Assembly (NCBI RefSeq): GCF_020745735.1
Contig: NC_083433.1
Span: 19,045,363 to 19,109,362, forward strand
Direction: 5' to 3'
Length of the DNA: 64,000 nucleotides
Origin: Hemiscyllium ocellatum
Taxonomy: Eukaryota
The notes beneath the pieces are model-generated. The model worked only from the letters and a program-made list of their open reading frames with translations. It was not told the DNA's origin and ran no database searches. Positions 23,925-36,794 of this stretch are shown here, piece after piece. The position numbers were made by a program, and so were the translations under genes. Within the stretch, counting starts at the first letter, position 1, and the number at the start of each line of letters is the position of its first letter.

Positions 23925-24083
23925 CTTTCTTGAGCTGCAAGATGTACAGCACGGCCGCCAGTAGAAATAGGATGGAAATGACAGCCAACGCCAGGAAATA
24001 AACAGACCGAGGACCGAGGGATCCGCAGCTCTCGCACCTAAAGCCCTCAGTTGGAGGTGGGGAATTGCTGGCATCGTCCGGCC
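23925..24083 (-). CDS. Gene A exon 3: stalk + transmembrane segment
   Basis: Acceptor tttgaatttcag|, 159 nt, phase 1-1, donor AAG|gtgcat. Translation GPDDASNSPPPTEGFRCESCGSLGPRSVYFLALAVISILFLLAAVLYILQLKK: an uncharged hydrophobic helix followed by a basic stop-transfer. Confidence 0.8.
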
Positions 24084-24379
24084 CTGAAATTCAAACATAG
24101 TCATCAGAGATAGCCAAGGAGAGAACAATAGATCCGCTTCAGGATCCCCCTTCCCCCCCCCCCCCTCGCCCCCTTCGTCCCCCCCTCCCCCTTCGTCCCC
24201 CCTTCACCCCCCCCCTTCCCCCCGCCACCCCCTTTCGCAAAACTAAAACTAACAAATTTTCGCATCTGTTTATCTCTACCTTTTATGGACACGGAACAAA
24301 TGTTTTAAAATGCATTCAAACGGATTACATTTAGGGAAACGTGTTCCCGCCTGTCCTTCTGTCATTCTTCCTTTTGCAC

Positions 24380-24563
24380 AAAGTTAAAAATCACACAACA
24401 CCAGGTTATAGTCCAACAGGTTTAATTGGAAGCACACTAGCTTTCGGAGCGACGCTCCTTCCAAAAGCTTGTGCTTCCAATTAAACCTGTTGGACTATAA
24501 CCTGGTGTTGTGTGATTTTTAACTTTGTCCACCCCAGCCCAACATCGGCATCTCCAAATCATT
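24380..24563. mobile_element. PLE family-2 palindromic insertion, ~300 bp upstream of the TM exon
   Basis: Inverted pLTR pair; flanks share cttttgcac. Confidence 0.8.
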
Positions 24564-24594
24564 CTTTTGCACGAGGTAACTTAAATGAAACAAA

Positions 24595-25350
24595 GTCATA
24601 GAGACATACAGAATGGAAACAGACCCTTGATTCAACTTGTCCATGCCCACCAGATATCCTAAACAATCCTATTTGGTCCATGTCCCTCCAAGCCCTTCCT
24701 GTTCATATATCAATCCAGATGCCTTTTACGTGTTACAATTTTACCAGCCTCCATCACTTCCTCTGGTAGCTAATTCCATACATGCACCAAACTCTGCATG
24801 AAAATATTGCCCTTCTTGTCTTGGCTATTTACCCTATCTACACCCTTATGATTTTATAAACCTCTGTAAGGTCCCTCCTCAACTTTCAACATTCTGGGGA
24901 AAACAGCGTATTCAACCTCTTCCTATAGCTCAAACCCTCCAATTCTGGCAACATTCTTGTAAATCTTTTCTGAACCCTTTCAAGTTTCACAATATCCTTC
25001 CTATAGCAGAGAGACCAGAATAGAACGCAGTATTCCAAAAGTGACCAAACCAATGTACAGCCAAAACATGACCTCCCAATGCCTATACTTGATGCACTGA
25101 TCTATAAAGGTAAGCATACCAAATGACTTCTTCACCATCCTATTTACCTGTGACTCCACTTTCAAGGAGTTATGGACATTCATTCCAAGGTCTGTTTGTT
25201 CAGCAACACTCCCCAGTACCTTACCATTCAGTGTATAAGTCCTGCCCTGATATGCCTTTCCAAAATGCAGCATCTCACATTTATCTAAATTAAACTCCAT
25301 CTGCCATTCCTTGGCCCATCTGATCAAGGTCCTGTTGTACTCTGAGGTAA
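24595..25350 (-). mobile_element. CR1 3' fragment
   Basis: WQMEFNLDKCEMLHFG...KVESQV. Confidence 0.8.
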
Positions 25351-28300
25351 CCTCAGATGATGGTAAATATATAGTGAATCCAGTACATGAACAGTGAGAA
25401 TACATGTGATAACTTCTGTTAGAAAGTCCACAGAGCCTAACCCTAAAACTGAAGGGACTACCTAAGATTGTTAGCCTCTTTCTGCTACACTTGGCTCAGG
25501 TCCTGCTTTTGACATCTGCACAGCAGTCTGGACAATGTGAGATTGTGGAAATAATTCACACTTAAGGCAACAAGAAGCGTTTGTGTTGATGACATTCACA
25601 AACTTACCTTAAACGTCCTTAACATGACCATAACCATTACTTACTCTAACCTCATGTTATGTTTAACATAAGCTTACCGTGCACTTTAACCTTAGATTTA
25701 CTATAACCATATACTCCCTATAACCTTAACTATGCACTTATTTTAAACTTATCTTAAATTTACTGTAACCTTATCTTGAACTTGTTAAACCTTATATTTA
25801 CTACTATCCTGCCTTGCATTTAACAATAACTTTATCTTACATTTACTATAACCTTACACTTACTATAAGTTCACACCGTTCTTAAATAAATAACTTGTAG
25901 TTATTTTGCTCCTTTCCCACCATGAGTATATCAGAAGTCTTCACAGCACTTTGAATATGTTTTGGACTGTAGTCACTGTGGTACTGCAGGGAAAGAGATT
26001 GCTAAATTCTGAATGAAGACTGACAAATAGAAATTGGCTAAGAGATTGCATTGTGTGTTTTGGGTCATTTGGTTGGCGTAATACTGCCCAGAGGGGACTT
26101 TGCAAAGTTATTTCAGTTTCCGATTTCCAGCAGGAAATTGCAAGTCTAGAATTACAAAACTAGAATTACAAAGGTTGATTTGTTCTATATTCTCAGCTTT
26201 TGACTGATATGATCTCCACATTGGAAAAAAGTTAGTTTCTTTCTGCTGGTACATGTACAGGTTGTCCGTCTGATCTTGTAATCTGCTGGTGCGGTTTGAG
26301 GTATAGTATGTATGGGGAAAACAGACATATGAACAAAAGAGATAGCAACAAAAGGTCATTCAGCCCTTAAAGTTGCTGAGCTGTTCTCTTCCACTCTCTT
26401 CTATCAGACAGAAGATACAAAAGTTTAAAATTAAAAACAACAAATTTAAGAACAGCTTCTTCCCCACTGTTATCAGACTCATATATTAGAGTTGCTCTTT
26501 CTCTGCACCTTCTCTGTGACACTATTCTGCATTCTGTTCTGTTAGCCTGATGTACTTATGCAACGATGATTTGTCTGGTTAGCATGCAAAATAATACTTT
26601 TCATACATGTGGCAATAATGAATTAGATCAAATCAAAGGTCATGGCTGAGCATCTATCTCAATTCTATACTCCTACACTATTGCTATACTCCCTTAGTAC
26701 ATAAAACAAGTACCTCAATAACTGAGCATCTTAACCCTCTGTGGTAGAGAATGCCTTCAGGTGAAGAAATTTCTCCTTATTTCACATATTCACATATTCG
26801 TAGCTCTATACTTGCTAGGCAATGGAGGCATTCTCCCAGTAGCTACGCTCAAGCCCCTTAAAAATTTTGTTTCAATTAGAACACCTCTCATTGTTTGAAA
26901 GACGAGGGAATATCAGCTTAGTATTTTTGATCTTTCTTCCCAAAAATCAGAACAAGGAACATACATTGTGTTCCCTCAGAGACAAATTCTTAATTAAGGA
27001 GACCAAACTGTACATAGCATTCCAGATACAATAATACTAATATGTCATTATTCTCATGCTCCCATTTCAATGCAATAAATGCTAATACATCTAATTGTTC
27101 CAGCAAGTTAACTTTACAGGTCCTTTTGAATACCTGTATTTCCTAGTCTACTAACATTTGAGAAATATTATGCATCTCTAACCTTTCTACCAAAATAGAT
27201 AACATCACATTAAACATTATATTCCACATAGTTGCTCATCCATTTAACCTGTCTCAACATTTTGCTTTTTTTTTGCAGTTCCTCGTGGTTTACATTTCCA
27301 CCTAACTCTTTATTATTGATAGGCTTGAATGCATTATACTCGGTCCCCTCATATTATTCATTGACTTTGATTATCAATGGCTGAGACCCAGGTGCTGATC
27401 TTTGTCATTTTGTGCTACCCCGAAAATATCTTGTTTATTCCTACTGTCTGTTTTCTGACCATTAAAGCAATATTTAATCCATGCCTATATACAACTGCTA
27501 ATCCCGTGAGCCCAACGTTTATGAAGTAATTGTGTTTGTACATTTTTTGAATCTCCAAATATATTACACCCACTGTTTTCCTCTGATCTACTCTTACAAC
27601 CTGAAAAAGTGCTAACAGATGAATCAAACATGATTTGATCCCTATTATCATTTTTTCCTGTATCTCTCATGCTTACTGCTACTCTTTGTTTTTACTCAGC
27701 AATAGACCTTTACAAATCTGCTTTATGTTTCTTGATAGTTTCCTCCCAGATTCTCTCATCTCATAGAGTCCCTTCAGTGTGAAAGCAGACCATTCACTCC
27801 TTCAAGTCTACACTGACCCCGCTGGAGAGCATCCTTTCTAGCCTCCATGTCCCAACCTTATCCCTATAACTCTGTATTTCTTTTGGCTAGTCCATCTAAC
27901 TGACACATCCCCGGACACTATGGGCAATTTAGCATGGCCAATCCATCTAACCTGCGCATCTTTGGACTATGGAAGGAAACTGGAATACCTGGAGGAAACC
28001 CAAGCAGATATGGGGAGAATGTACAAGTTCCACACAGGCAGTCGCCCGAGGGTGGAATTGAACCCGAGTCTCTGATGCTGTGAGGTATCATGCTGATTAC
28101 TGAGCCAATTGCTACCCAGTTGAACTCAGTCATTTGTTGCTCACCTTTTACTGAATTCCAAAATTCTCCAAGTGCTCAGGTTTGCTTCTCTTTTCTTTTT
28201 CCACATCACAATAAGCTCCATTTTTTAATGTAATGCTACCGTAAAATTGCTTTGTTAACCATAGCTGGGTGACCATGTCTGTTGGGGTGTTTAATCCTTG

Positions 28301-28989
28301 AGAGTATACTTGTTGAAATTTATAAAATTATTTTGCCAACATCCACTGCATATTTACACTTAGTATCACATTAATTTATTTAATTCAGATTTCCAATGAA
28401 CTTAGCCAACTTTTCCCTTATAGTGGCATAGTTTGCTTGGTTCAGATTTTAATATCAGTTGGAATGAAACCATTCTCAAAATATATATTCTTAAGCTATG
28501 TATTCTTAAACTATGAGGAGCGTGTGGTATAGTGATAATGTCACTGGGCCACTAATGTAGAAATCCCGCTGTTCGAATGCTGCCTGACCTGCTGTGCTTT
28601 TCCAGCAACACACTTTTGACTCTGATCTGCAGCGTCTGCAGACCTGACTTTATCTTAATGTTTAGGGGAATTGAGTTTGAATTCTGCCATGGTAGATGGT
28701 TAAAATTTGACTCCATTGAAAAAGCTGGTTTAATGCCAACTGTGTAACCACTGTCAGTTGTCGTAAGAACCCATTCAGTTCACTAATGCCCTTTAGGAAG
28801 GAAACTTTCCATCCTAATCTGGTTTGGCCTTCATGTGCCTCCAGACCCACAGCACTGGAGATGATTTTTAATTGCCTTCTAGGCAATTACATTAGATTAG
28901 ATTAGATTCCCTATGGGCAGTAAATGCTAACTTAGCCAACAATGTCCATGTCCCGTGAACAAATAATATTTGGGGGAGCATGGTGGTAG

Positions 28990-29297
28990 TGGGCGGTGTG
29001 GTGGCACAGTGGTTAGCACTGCTGCCTCACAGCGCCAGAGACCCAGGTTCAATTCCCGCCTCAGGTGACTCTCTGTGTGGAGTTTGCACATTCTCGCCGT
29101 GTCTGCGTGGGTTTCCGCTGGGTGCTCCGGTTCCTCCCACAATCCAAACATGTGAATTGGCCATGCTAAATTGCCCGTAGTGTTTGGTGAAGAGGTAAAT
29201 GTAGGAGTATGGGTCTGGGTGGTATACGCTTCGGCGGGTCGGTGTGGACTTGTTGAGCCGAAGGGCCTGTTTCCACACTGTAAGTAATCTAATCTAA
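28990..29297 (+). mobile_element. tRNA-derived shark SINE (HE1-like)
   Basis: gtggcacagtggttagcact (A box), ggttcaattcccgcc (B box), CR1-like tail ending gtaatctaatctaa. Confidence 0.85.
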
Positions 29298-30709
29298 AAA
29301 TTATCATTTTATTATCATTCTTCCACAAACGTTATTCATATTAATTCAGTTTTTAAATTGTATATAAAATAAAAAAAAACCTGTTCCCAAGGTGATTCCT
29401 CAATATCTAGAAGATTTAGATAATTTAGAAAACTGCAAAAATGAATCACCTTTACAATATTACTGCAATTTGGTTTGCACAGCTAAATGAAGATTTAAAT
29501 CCCCAATAACTACCATATTGAACTTGTTACATAGTTTCCTGATTTATAGTCTGCCTAACACGACTGCAAATCTTAGTGCTTTTTTAAGATGCACTAAGCA
29601 ACAAGCTGAAATAAAATATGTATTGAGAAAAAACAACATTGTGAACCTGCAGCAACTTACGCTATTCATGGGCAAAATGATAGAGCGCAGAGGTATTTGC
29701 GCCCTACCTAGTACAAAGAATATTTACAGCAAATATTTATGAAGTCTATATTCCTCTACTATCAATGTTTTCTGTACATTTTTGTAGCTCCATCCAAATT
29801 AATTAATAAAGTTTTTCAATTTTAAGAGCTAATGTTCTTTCTCTCTATGGTTTTTATCCCATTCCTTTATTATCATGGTTACACTTCTCCTTTTTGCTTT
29901 ACCAATCTCTTCTAGAAGTCAAGTGTTTTTATCCCATCCCTTTATAATCAAGATTTCTCTTTCCTTTTTGGTTAACTAATCTCTTCTCGAAGTCAAGAGT
30001 ATTGTAACATTTATTTCCCAACATTGGTCACTGTGCGACTCCCATCTTTTATTAAATCAAGCTCATTAAATTCTAGCTGTGCTGCTCATGTTATCTGTTT
30101 CACCATGAATATGTTGTGCCTTCAGATATAGAGCTGCTTGCTTTAACCTTTTTTGGGTTTTTTTTCTGATTTCACATTCATCAGTAAAATCTTATACTCT
30201 TTAATTGGTTTGGCAAAAGCAACAGATGAATGAATGGATCAACGCAAGCGTTCATCTAACAGGACATTAAAAAAGATCACTAAGTTCATCAGATATTGTC
30301 CTGGTAGTCTCATAGTACACTGATACAGAATGTTGAATTGCCATCTTTCAACCAAATCTCAGTCATATATATATAGTATGCCTAAATGCCAATCTGTATT
30401 CAGCTTGTTTATCTTATTCCTCGTGCTCCTTATATTAAAATATATTCCATTCAGAGTCATAAACTCTCTACAGTGAAGAAAGAGGCCATTCGGCGCATTG
30501 AGTCTATACCAACCCTTCAAAGAGTATCCCACACAGACCCAACCCTGCACTACCATGGTTAATCCACCTAAACCTGCACAACTTTGGACTGTGGCAGAAA
30601 ATTGGAGCACCCAGAGGAAACCCACGCAGAGATAGCGAGAATGTGAAAACTCCACGCAAGCAGTCAGCCAAGGCTGCAATCACACCTGGTCCCCGTACCA
30701 CCAAATCTA

Positions 30710-31829
30710 TGATTTGGAGATGCCAGTTTATAGTCCAACAGGTTTAATTGGAAGCACTAGCTTTCGGAGCGCTGCTCCTTTATCAGGTCATTGTGAAGTA
30801 CACAATTGTAAGACACAATTTATAGCAAACGTTTACAGTGTGATGTAACTGAAATTATACATTGAAAATTACCTTGATGGTTTGGTAAGTTTCTCATCTG
30901 TTAGAATTATCATGTTAGTTTTACTTCTTTCATATGTAAAGCACAAAACATTTTTAAAAAGTTACATTCTCAGGTTAACTTTAACAATTGGTATCAGCCC
31001 AGATAATCTGTTGAAGGTGTTAGCCCCCGGTGTGCTGTTGTCTGTGCCATAATGTTTAGACTGATTCTAATCTAAAAAATGAGCTCACACACACACATAC
31101 ACAGACACACACTCCCACACTCATACATGCACCCTCTCACAGACTTAGACCACTTTACACTCACACATACACTTATACACTCTCTCTCACAGAAACTCAC
31201 ACACACACTCCGACAGACGCACACACTCCGACACTCACACAAGCACCCTCTCACAGACTTAGACCCCTTTACACTCACACACGCGCGCACACACACACGT
31301 ATACACGCTCTTCTCACAGACACACACAATCCCCCCCACCACCACCACAGACAGACACACGTACACATATACGTTTGTGGGGTGGCTTTGTACTTGCGGA
31401 GTTACATTGTACTTTGTTCAAAAACTGTATGAATCCATGTAAGACTCTGTTAACTCATTTTTTAGATTAGAATCAGTCTAAACATTATGGCACAGACAAC
31501 AGCATACCGGGAGCTAACATCTTCAACAGATTATCTGGGCTGATACCAGTTGTTGAAAGTTAACTTGAAAATTTTAATTTTACAAAAAGGTTTTGTGATT
31601 TACATATAAAAGAAGAGAAACTAACATGGTCATTCTAACAGATGAGGGACTTACCAAACAATCAAGGTATTTTTCAATGTATAATTTCAGTTACATCACA
31701 CTGTAAACTTCTGCTATAAATTGTGTACTCCACCACCACCTGATGAAGGAGCAGCGCTCCGAAAGCTAGTGCTTCCAATTAAACCTGTTGGACTATAACC
31801 TGGTGTTGTATGATTTTTAACTTTGTCCC
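30710..31829. mobile_element. PLE family-2 3' end with inverted copy and CA-rich internal region
   Basis: Arms ~30710-31080 and ~31430-31829 are inverted; TSD ccaaatcta (30701-30709 / 31830-31838). Confidence 0.85.
31737..31771 (+). ncRNA. Minimal hammerhead ribozyme (PLE family 2)
   Basis: CAC-CUGAUGA-A-GGAGC AGC GCUCC-GAAAGC-UA^GUG: stem I CAC:GUG, palindromic AGCU stem III. Confidence 0.75.
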
Positions 31830-32266
31830 CCAAATCTAGCCTTGGTAAACTCACTTCTTTCTTACCAAGCCTGTGTTTTCTTTGTCTTCCAGACTCACTC
31901 ACTTGCATTTTAACTTCTAATTCCATCTCAGCTGCTCTCCCCTCTGAAATACTTGCCAAGATTCCATCAGCCTGTCAATCCAGTTCAAATTCATCCAACA
32001 GCATTTGTAAACCTCCCCATGAGATGATTACTCCTGTTCCTGGTCAGCTGTAACCTGTCCAGTTCAAACTGGACCCCCAACCCCTAGAAATAGTCCCAAT
32101 ATTTTTTTAATTTCAAAAATAAACTTTATTAATTAAAAAAATCTTTATATCCATACATAGTCACTAGACCAGTTTGGTTTTGTACAGTCTTTGCATATGG
32201 AGAGCAAGCAAACATTGGAGTTTGACATTCCCGACAGTTTCAACAAACCTAAGGCATTTCTTACTT

Positions 32267-32481
32267 AGGAGAAAGTGAGGACTGCAGATGCTGGAGATCA
32301 GAGCTGAAAATGTGTTGCTGGAAAAGCGCAGCAGGTCAGGCAGCATCCAAGGAACAGGAGATTCGACGTTTCGGGCATAAGCCCTTCTTCAGGAAGAAGA
32401 AGGGCTTATGCCCGAAACGTTGAATCTTCTGTTCCTTGGATGCTGCCTGACCTGCTGCGCTTTTCCAGCAACACATTTTCA
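32267..32481. mobile_element. PLE family-1 palindromic insertion
   Basis: 13-bp TSD gcatttcttactt (32254-32266 / 32482-32494). Confidence 0.88.
32361..32396 (-). ncRNA. Minimal hammerhead ribozyme (PLE family 1)
   Basis: UUC-CUGAAGA-A-GGGC UUAU GCCC-GAAAC-GUC^GAA: intact core and stems. Confidence 0.75.
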
Positions 32482-32687
32482 GCATTTCTTACTTATGCAA
32501 GATTCTTTTTGCATATATTTCAGGGTCCAATAACTGAACGGACCCCTATTGTACTTTGGCTGAAAGAGCTTAGATGGTGGTCTTTCCATACCTAAGGCCC
32601 CCTGTCACCCACTCCTTTCAATGATGCTGACTGCCTGTCACGGAGTCTTCACCTTCCCTGGTCCTCTCAATTGTTGACTAATCGTGA

Positions 32688-33015
32688 CACAATGGCTCAG
32701 TGGTTAGCACTGCTGCCTCACAGCGCCAGGGACCCAGGTTCGATTCCAGCCTCGGGTGACTGTCGATGTGGAGTTTGCACATTCTCCCTGTGTCTGTGTG
32801 GGTTTCCTCTTGGTGCTCCAGTTTCCTACCACAGTCCAAAGATGTGCAAGTTCGGTGGATTGGATATGCAAAATTGCGCATAGTTTCCAAGGATGTGCAG
32901 TCTAGATGGACTAGCCATGGGAAGTATAGGGCGGTGGGTCTGAGTGGGCTGGTTTTTGGAGGGTCAGTGTGGACGTAATAGGCAAAATGGCCTGCTTCTC
33001 TACTGTAGAGATTCT
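32688..33015 (+). mobile_element. tRNA-derived SINE
   Basis: Same head, variant tail. Confidence 0.8.
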
Positions 33016-34852
33016 ATGCAAGGTAAATATGTGTGGTCGAGAGATTTGGGAAAGTTAAACGCTTTTCTTTCTCCTCTCATTGTCATGTTCCAATTTACTT
33101 GGTTCCTAAAATGCTATTTTCTGAAAGACGGCTGTGACATTCCTATTGAAGTGAATCAATACAAACTCTCAATTATTTCCTAAGGGAATCAGTTCCTTGG
33201 ATTGGCCACTGAAAGAGTAATGGTCCTGATATTTATGGGTAGTTCTCAAGAGATGCTGGAAATAGTCAAGGAATATAGTCATTGACCCACAGACTTTGCC
33301 TAATTTAACAGCAGGAGCTCATTCTAATTTCTTTTTCCTGTTTGCCACTTGGCAGCGGGCAAATGATCTGGCCGCCAGGCAGGAGGTTGTGATCCTTGAC
33401 TATTTTAATGAGGGGGTTTAGTGGCTTTAAGCTTGAGGCTTAAAGAACAAGGAGAGAGAAAATTGTGAGAGAGCAAGAGGAGAGAAGATCAGTGCTTGAG
33501 ATGGAGGGCGGTTGGGGGGGGGGGGGGGGGGAGGCGGTGGTGAGTGGGTGCACAGAGAGACAAATACAAATGTGGGAAAGGAGGAAAAGGCCAGCGATCG
33601 GTGTTTGGGTGAGGCAAGGTTGGTTTTGCCTGTGATATGGAAAAAACGTTGACATTTGTTGAGTTGGGGGTGATTCTACATTGTAAGAGAAGCTACGAAT
33701 GGCTACTGGAGGAGGAACGAAGGAGTCAGTAGAATCACTTGTATTTCTCCATCAGAAAAGGAGCTCTGAAAAAAATATCACATTGCTCCTTGAGTCGACA
33801 ACTGCTCATTACCTTTTGCTGCCAGCTTTCTCAAGATCTGAGGAGACTATACAGGGTTGAATTTAAACTTGGTTTCTAATTGAATAATGAGAACCCATGT
33901 TAATGAAATATTTTATCTATCCATGTTGGAACACTTTTGGGAGATAGAATCTATTACCATGAAAATAGTGGCAGTGCACATGTGGTGGTTGTGATCATAT
34001 TCCCAATTTTGTTATTTCCTTAATGCCTTAATCTTTTCTTCCCCACTGTGAGAAGGCAGCAGACGGATTAATATCGAGGTCAATATTGATTAATTTCAAA
34101 TTAATCTCCCTTCCTGTCCTCTCCCTCTCCCAGTCCTCCTTCCTTTTCATTCCTGATAAAAGGTTTCTGCCTGAAACATCGATTCTCCTGCTCTTCTGGT
34201 GCTGCCTGACCTGCTGTGCTTTTCCAGTGCCACAATTTTCGACTGTGATCTCCAGCATCTGCAGTCCTCAGTTTCTCATTAATCCAGAGACCCAGGTAAT
34301 GTTCTGGTGTTCCGAGTTCAAATCCTACCAGGCAGATGGTGGAATTAAGAGTCTAATGATGTCGATTGCCAGGGAAAACCCCATCTGGTTCACTAATGAG
34401 CTTTAGGGAAGAAAACTTGTCTGGTCTGGGCCTACATGAGACTCCAGATCCACGTGGTTGACTGTTAACAGCCCTCTGGGATGAGCTGTAAATACTAACC
34501 TAGCTCGTGATATCCTCACCCTGTGAATGAATGAAAAAAAACCCTGTCTTTCTTAAATGGCAGTGACACCAGAGCAATAGAGTCAAAACGTGTGGTGCTA
34601 GAAAAGCACAGAAAGCATAAGCTCTTCAACGTCGACTTTCCTACTCCTCAGATGCTGCCTGACCTGCTGTGATTTTCCTGCACCACACCATTTGACCCTG
34701 ACTCTCCAACGTCTGTAGTCCTGACTTTCTCATACAGGTTGTGATTAGCCAAAGGTACGTACAAGTGGGTAAAAACAGATACATGGAATTATGTCGCAGA
34801 CCAAACATGCATCAGTTAAATGGTGGGGCAATCTCAAAGGGTTTTTTGTTTT

Positions 34853-35158
34853 TAGATTACTTACAGTGTGGAAACAGGCCCTTCGGCCCAACAAGTCCAC
34901 ACCGACCCGTCGAAGCACAACCCACCCATACCCCTACATTTACCCCTTACCTAACACTACGGGCAATTTAGCATGGCCAATTCACCTGACCTGCACATCT
35001 TTGGACTGTGGGAGGAAACCGGAGCACCCGGAGGAAACCCGCGCAAACACGGGCAGAAGGTACAAACTCCACACAGTCTGTCGCCTGAGTCGGGAATTGA
35101 ACCCGGGTCTCAGGTGCTGTGAGACAGCAGTGCTAACCACTGTGCCACCGTGCCGCCC
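34853..35158 (-). mobile_element. tRNA-derived SINE
   Basis: Near-consensus copy on the minus strand. Confidence 0.85.
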
Positions 35159-36451
35159 ACAATTTGATTGCCAAGTTAAATAGTGAATTCCTGCTGGTGT
35201 ATTATTAATAGCTTAATCTACTTAGAGTCATACAGCACAGAAACAGACCATTCGGTCCAACTCATCTAGATATTCTAAATTAACAGACCCTTCGGTCCAA
35301 CTCATCTAGATATTCTAAATTAATCAGACCAGATATTCTAAATTAATCTAGTCCCATTTGCCAGCCCTTGGCCCATACCCTTCTAAACCCTTCCTATTCA
35401 GATACCCATCCAGATGCCTTTTAAATGTTGTAATTGTACCAGCCTCCACTATCACCTTTGATAAGTCATTCCATACATGCACCACCCTTTGCATAAAAAA
35501 GTCACCCCTTAGGTCCCTTGTAAATCTTTCCCCTCTCACCCTAAACTCCAGTTCTGGACTCTCCCACCCCAGGGAGAAGACCTTGTTTACTTAACCTATC
35601 CATGCTCCACATGATTTGAAGGGTACATTTATGGAATTTTGTACCTGTCTACTCAAGACAAGTTTGCTTTTCTGCTTCTTGTAAAATTGCCTCCTTTTTT
35701 TCCATTTTTTCTGATTCCTATTATCCTTTCCCATAAAGACAAGCATTATTAATCAAAATTAAATTAGTGGAGGGGCTGTTCGATGAACAAAGAATCAAAC
35801 TTGAATTAGAAGTAAAAAAAATGTGGAACTTTCTCAAATTATTTCGTCGTTAGCCAAGTCAAACTTGCCCTCCAGTCTGATGGTTGTGGAAAGTTTAAAG
35901 TTTGCCAACGGACATCACGTTCTCCTTCTCTAGGGACGCCAGAGTTAGATATAGCTGCTAAGGAATGGAGGGTAGTTGGAACTGTTAGTCCTTTTGATTG
36001 TATGCTGCCTGGACCAAGCTATCAAGCTGAGGTGTAGACCCTTGTGGAAGTCCTCTGACTTAGCCTCTCTCTTCCTCTGTACCAGATGCAGAAACTAGGA
36101 GCATGGGGCTGTAACCCAGCTAGTAAAGCAGTGAAAAACCCTTCTTATTCTGATTGTTGAAACGCATTACTACACAGACGTTTGTATCAAACAGTATTTT
36201 CCACCAATCTGCCAGCTACAGTTCTGCATTTTCACAATCTTCTTCATAGCATATATTAATTCTAAATTGATATCGGCAGCAAATTCAGATAATATCCATT
36301 CAACTTGCAAGTCTAGATGTATGAAATAAGAGCACCAGGGAATTGGGAGCATCATGTATCTTTAACAGTCTTAAACATTTCTGTTTATCCTTGTCTTTGT
36401 TTTTTGCTCTCCAACCACTTCTCTATTTATGTCGGCCCTAGTTTCTATGTG

Positions 36452-36665
36452 TTGCTGGAAAAGCTCAGCAGGTCAGGCAGCTTCCAAGGAGCAGGAGAGT
36501 CAACGTTTGGGGCATGAGCCCTTCTTCAGGAATCCCTTTCTGAAGAAGGGCTCATGCCCGAAACGTCGACGCTCCTGCTCCTTGGATGCTGCCTGACCTG
36601 CTGCGTTTTTCTAGCGACACATTTTCGGCTCTGATCTCCAGCATCTGCAGTCCTCACTTTCTCCC
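36452..36665. mobile_element. PLE family-1 palindromic insertion, ~130 bp downstream of the gene A V exon
   Basis: 12-bp TSD agtttctatgtg (36440-36451 / 36666-36677). Confidence 0.85.
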
Positions 36666-36794
36666 AGTTTCTATGTGCCGTTATCTTGTCCCTGAGTGAC
36701 CTGTCCAGTATCCTATGAAATATTGCATTTTCACATTTGGAATGCCCGTATTTATTTTATCATGGTTTTGCTTTCCTTGAAATAAATTACTTAC

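Larger units (their letters stand above)
23318..25838 (+). repeat. Direct repeat pair (~235 bp; 23318-23772 including a PLE insert, and 25603-25838) flanking the TM exon
   Basis: Near-identical TAACC-rich sequence, roughly 90% identity by eye. Confidence 0.9.

Noticed and set aside
28990-29060. tRNA-like A/B box sequences as tRNA genes
   Set aside because: They are SINE heads without a full cloverleaf.
31072-31432. His/Thr- and Cys/Val-rich ORFs (also 49196-50068)
   Set aside because: Translations of CA/TG-rich PLE 3' UTR sequence.
24100-36790. A second Ig (I- or C-type) exon between V and TM in gene A
   Set aside because: None of the minus-strand ORFs here shows Ig Cys/Trp spacing; a short or decayed exon cannot be fully excluded by eye.
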